Source of the DNA: a virus
Lineage: Duplodnaviria > Heunggongvirae > Uroviricota > Caudoviricetes
Direction: 5' to 3' (one strand)
DNA: 16,483 bases
IMG/VR virus record: IMGVR_UViG_3300012983_000313
Location: 1-16,483 of that record
Positions 16,118 to 16,483 of this stretch are shown piece after piece (the first letter of the stretch is position 1; every line of letters begins with the position of its first letter). The notes below the pieces were generated by a model. That model made no database searches, had not been told where the DNA came from, and saw nothing but the letters and a program-made list of their open reading frames with translations. Position numbers and translations under genes: made by a program.

Positions 16118-16271
16118 AATTTTCCTTATTGTTACGAGAATCAAAGAAAGCGCTGGATACGCGACTTGCGTGATCTTTTGTCATAGTAACTTTTACGTAC
16201 TCTACGCTTCCATTGAAAGAACGTCTTGCGGCAGCTTGCGCTCTACGCATCTGCAATTTTTCGTTTCGCAT
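16092..16271 (-). CDS. Small basic protein (59 aa) overlapping the start of the 181-aa gene; candidate antitoxin or regulator
   Basis: Minus-strand ATG at 16271 preceded by GAGGT (5-6 nt spacer). Translates to MRNEKLQMRRAQAAARRSFNGSVEYVKVTMTKDHASRVSSAFFDSRNNKENYEFVCVAE. Its 3' end overlaps the downstream gene by 26 nt out of frame. Below the ORF-track length cutoff, so not listed there. Confidence 0.35.
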   Translation of the reverse strand: MRNEKLQMRRAQAAARRSFNGSVEYVKVTMTKDHASRVSSAFFDSRNNKENYEFVCVAE

Positions 16272-16387
16272 GACATTACCTCATATCTCATAAGTTCATT
16301 ACACGGATTAATAAAAATGAAACCAATCCGTTTACCCTTGAGGTAATAGTACGCTATTCACCTGCAATCTGTACAGAATTATTTAAA

Positions 16388-16403
16388 GGCACATCCCTGT
16401 GCC
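16388..16403 (-). terminator. Terminator-like hairpin after a minus-strand gene that ends at 16412
   Basis: GGCACA-TCCC-TGTGCC (6-bp stem). On the minus strand it is followed by UUUAAAUAAUU, a weak U-tract. Lies 8 nt downstream of the minus-strand stop. Confidence 0.3.
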
Positions 16404-16411
16404 GCCGCCCG

Positions 16412-16483
16412 TCAGAAGAACCCTGCTTTGTCGTTGATATACTCCGCGTGAGTCTGGATATCACGCAGGCATTTGCTCACACC
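16412..16483 (-). CDS. 3' end of an unidentified minus-strand gene (C-terminal 23 codons; gene continues beyond the window)
   Basis: Minus-strand frame open from the window edge: ...GVSKCLRDIQTHAEYINDKAGFF, stop TGA at 16414-16412. Near-average GC, followed by a hairpin. Too short to identify. Confidence 0.3.
   Translation of the reverse strand, partial: GVSKCLRDIQTHAEYINDKAGFF

Noticed and set aside
15962-16186. 74-aa plus-strand ORF and 15429..15647 plus ORF in the cargo region
   Set aside because: Both are antisense to, or overlap, better-supported minus-strand genes and terminators. No SD.
16317-16346. Tiny plus-strand ORF ATG-AAA-CCA-ATC-CGT-TTA-CCC-TTG-AGG-TAA (9 codons) as a possible leader peptide
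   Set aside because: No SD and no obvious attenuator structure linked to it. Probably chance.
1-16483. Looked for tRNA/rRNA genes, CRISPR repeat-spacer arrays, long direct or inverted terminal repeats and integrase/attachment-site signatures
   Set aside because: No cloverleaf-compatible or rRNA-like segments, no regularly spaced direct repeats, and no recognisable integrase within the window. The prophage boundary is therefore not defined by this window.

Overview
The window reads as the late (virion morphogenesis) module of a T7-supergroup-like podovirus, most likely a prophage in an enterobacterial-type genome, followed by an AT-rich cargo region. Bases 1-14795 form a single rightward, tightly packed operon of 14 genes: portal C-terminus, a small head protein, scaffold, major capsid, three small virion proteins, tail tubular proteins A and B (T7 gp11/gp12-like), and a run of internal virion/ejection proteins including a clear gp14-like protein. 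Adjacent genes are translationally coupled through overlapping stop/start codons (ATGA, TAATG, TGATG, ATGTGTAA). No tail fibre or tailspike gene follows. Instead, at 14796 the sequence becomes AT-rich and transcription becomes convergent: a small three-helix membrane protein with its own terminator on the + strand, and on the - strand a two-gene cassette (59 aa overlapping a 181 aa protein) with a textbook intrinsic terminator. That cassette is the best candidate here for an undescribed toxin-antitoxin or defence-type module. All product assignments come from reading the translations, synteny and recalled similarity to T7 proteins; no database search was run. No rRNA, tRNA or CRISPR array was seen.
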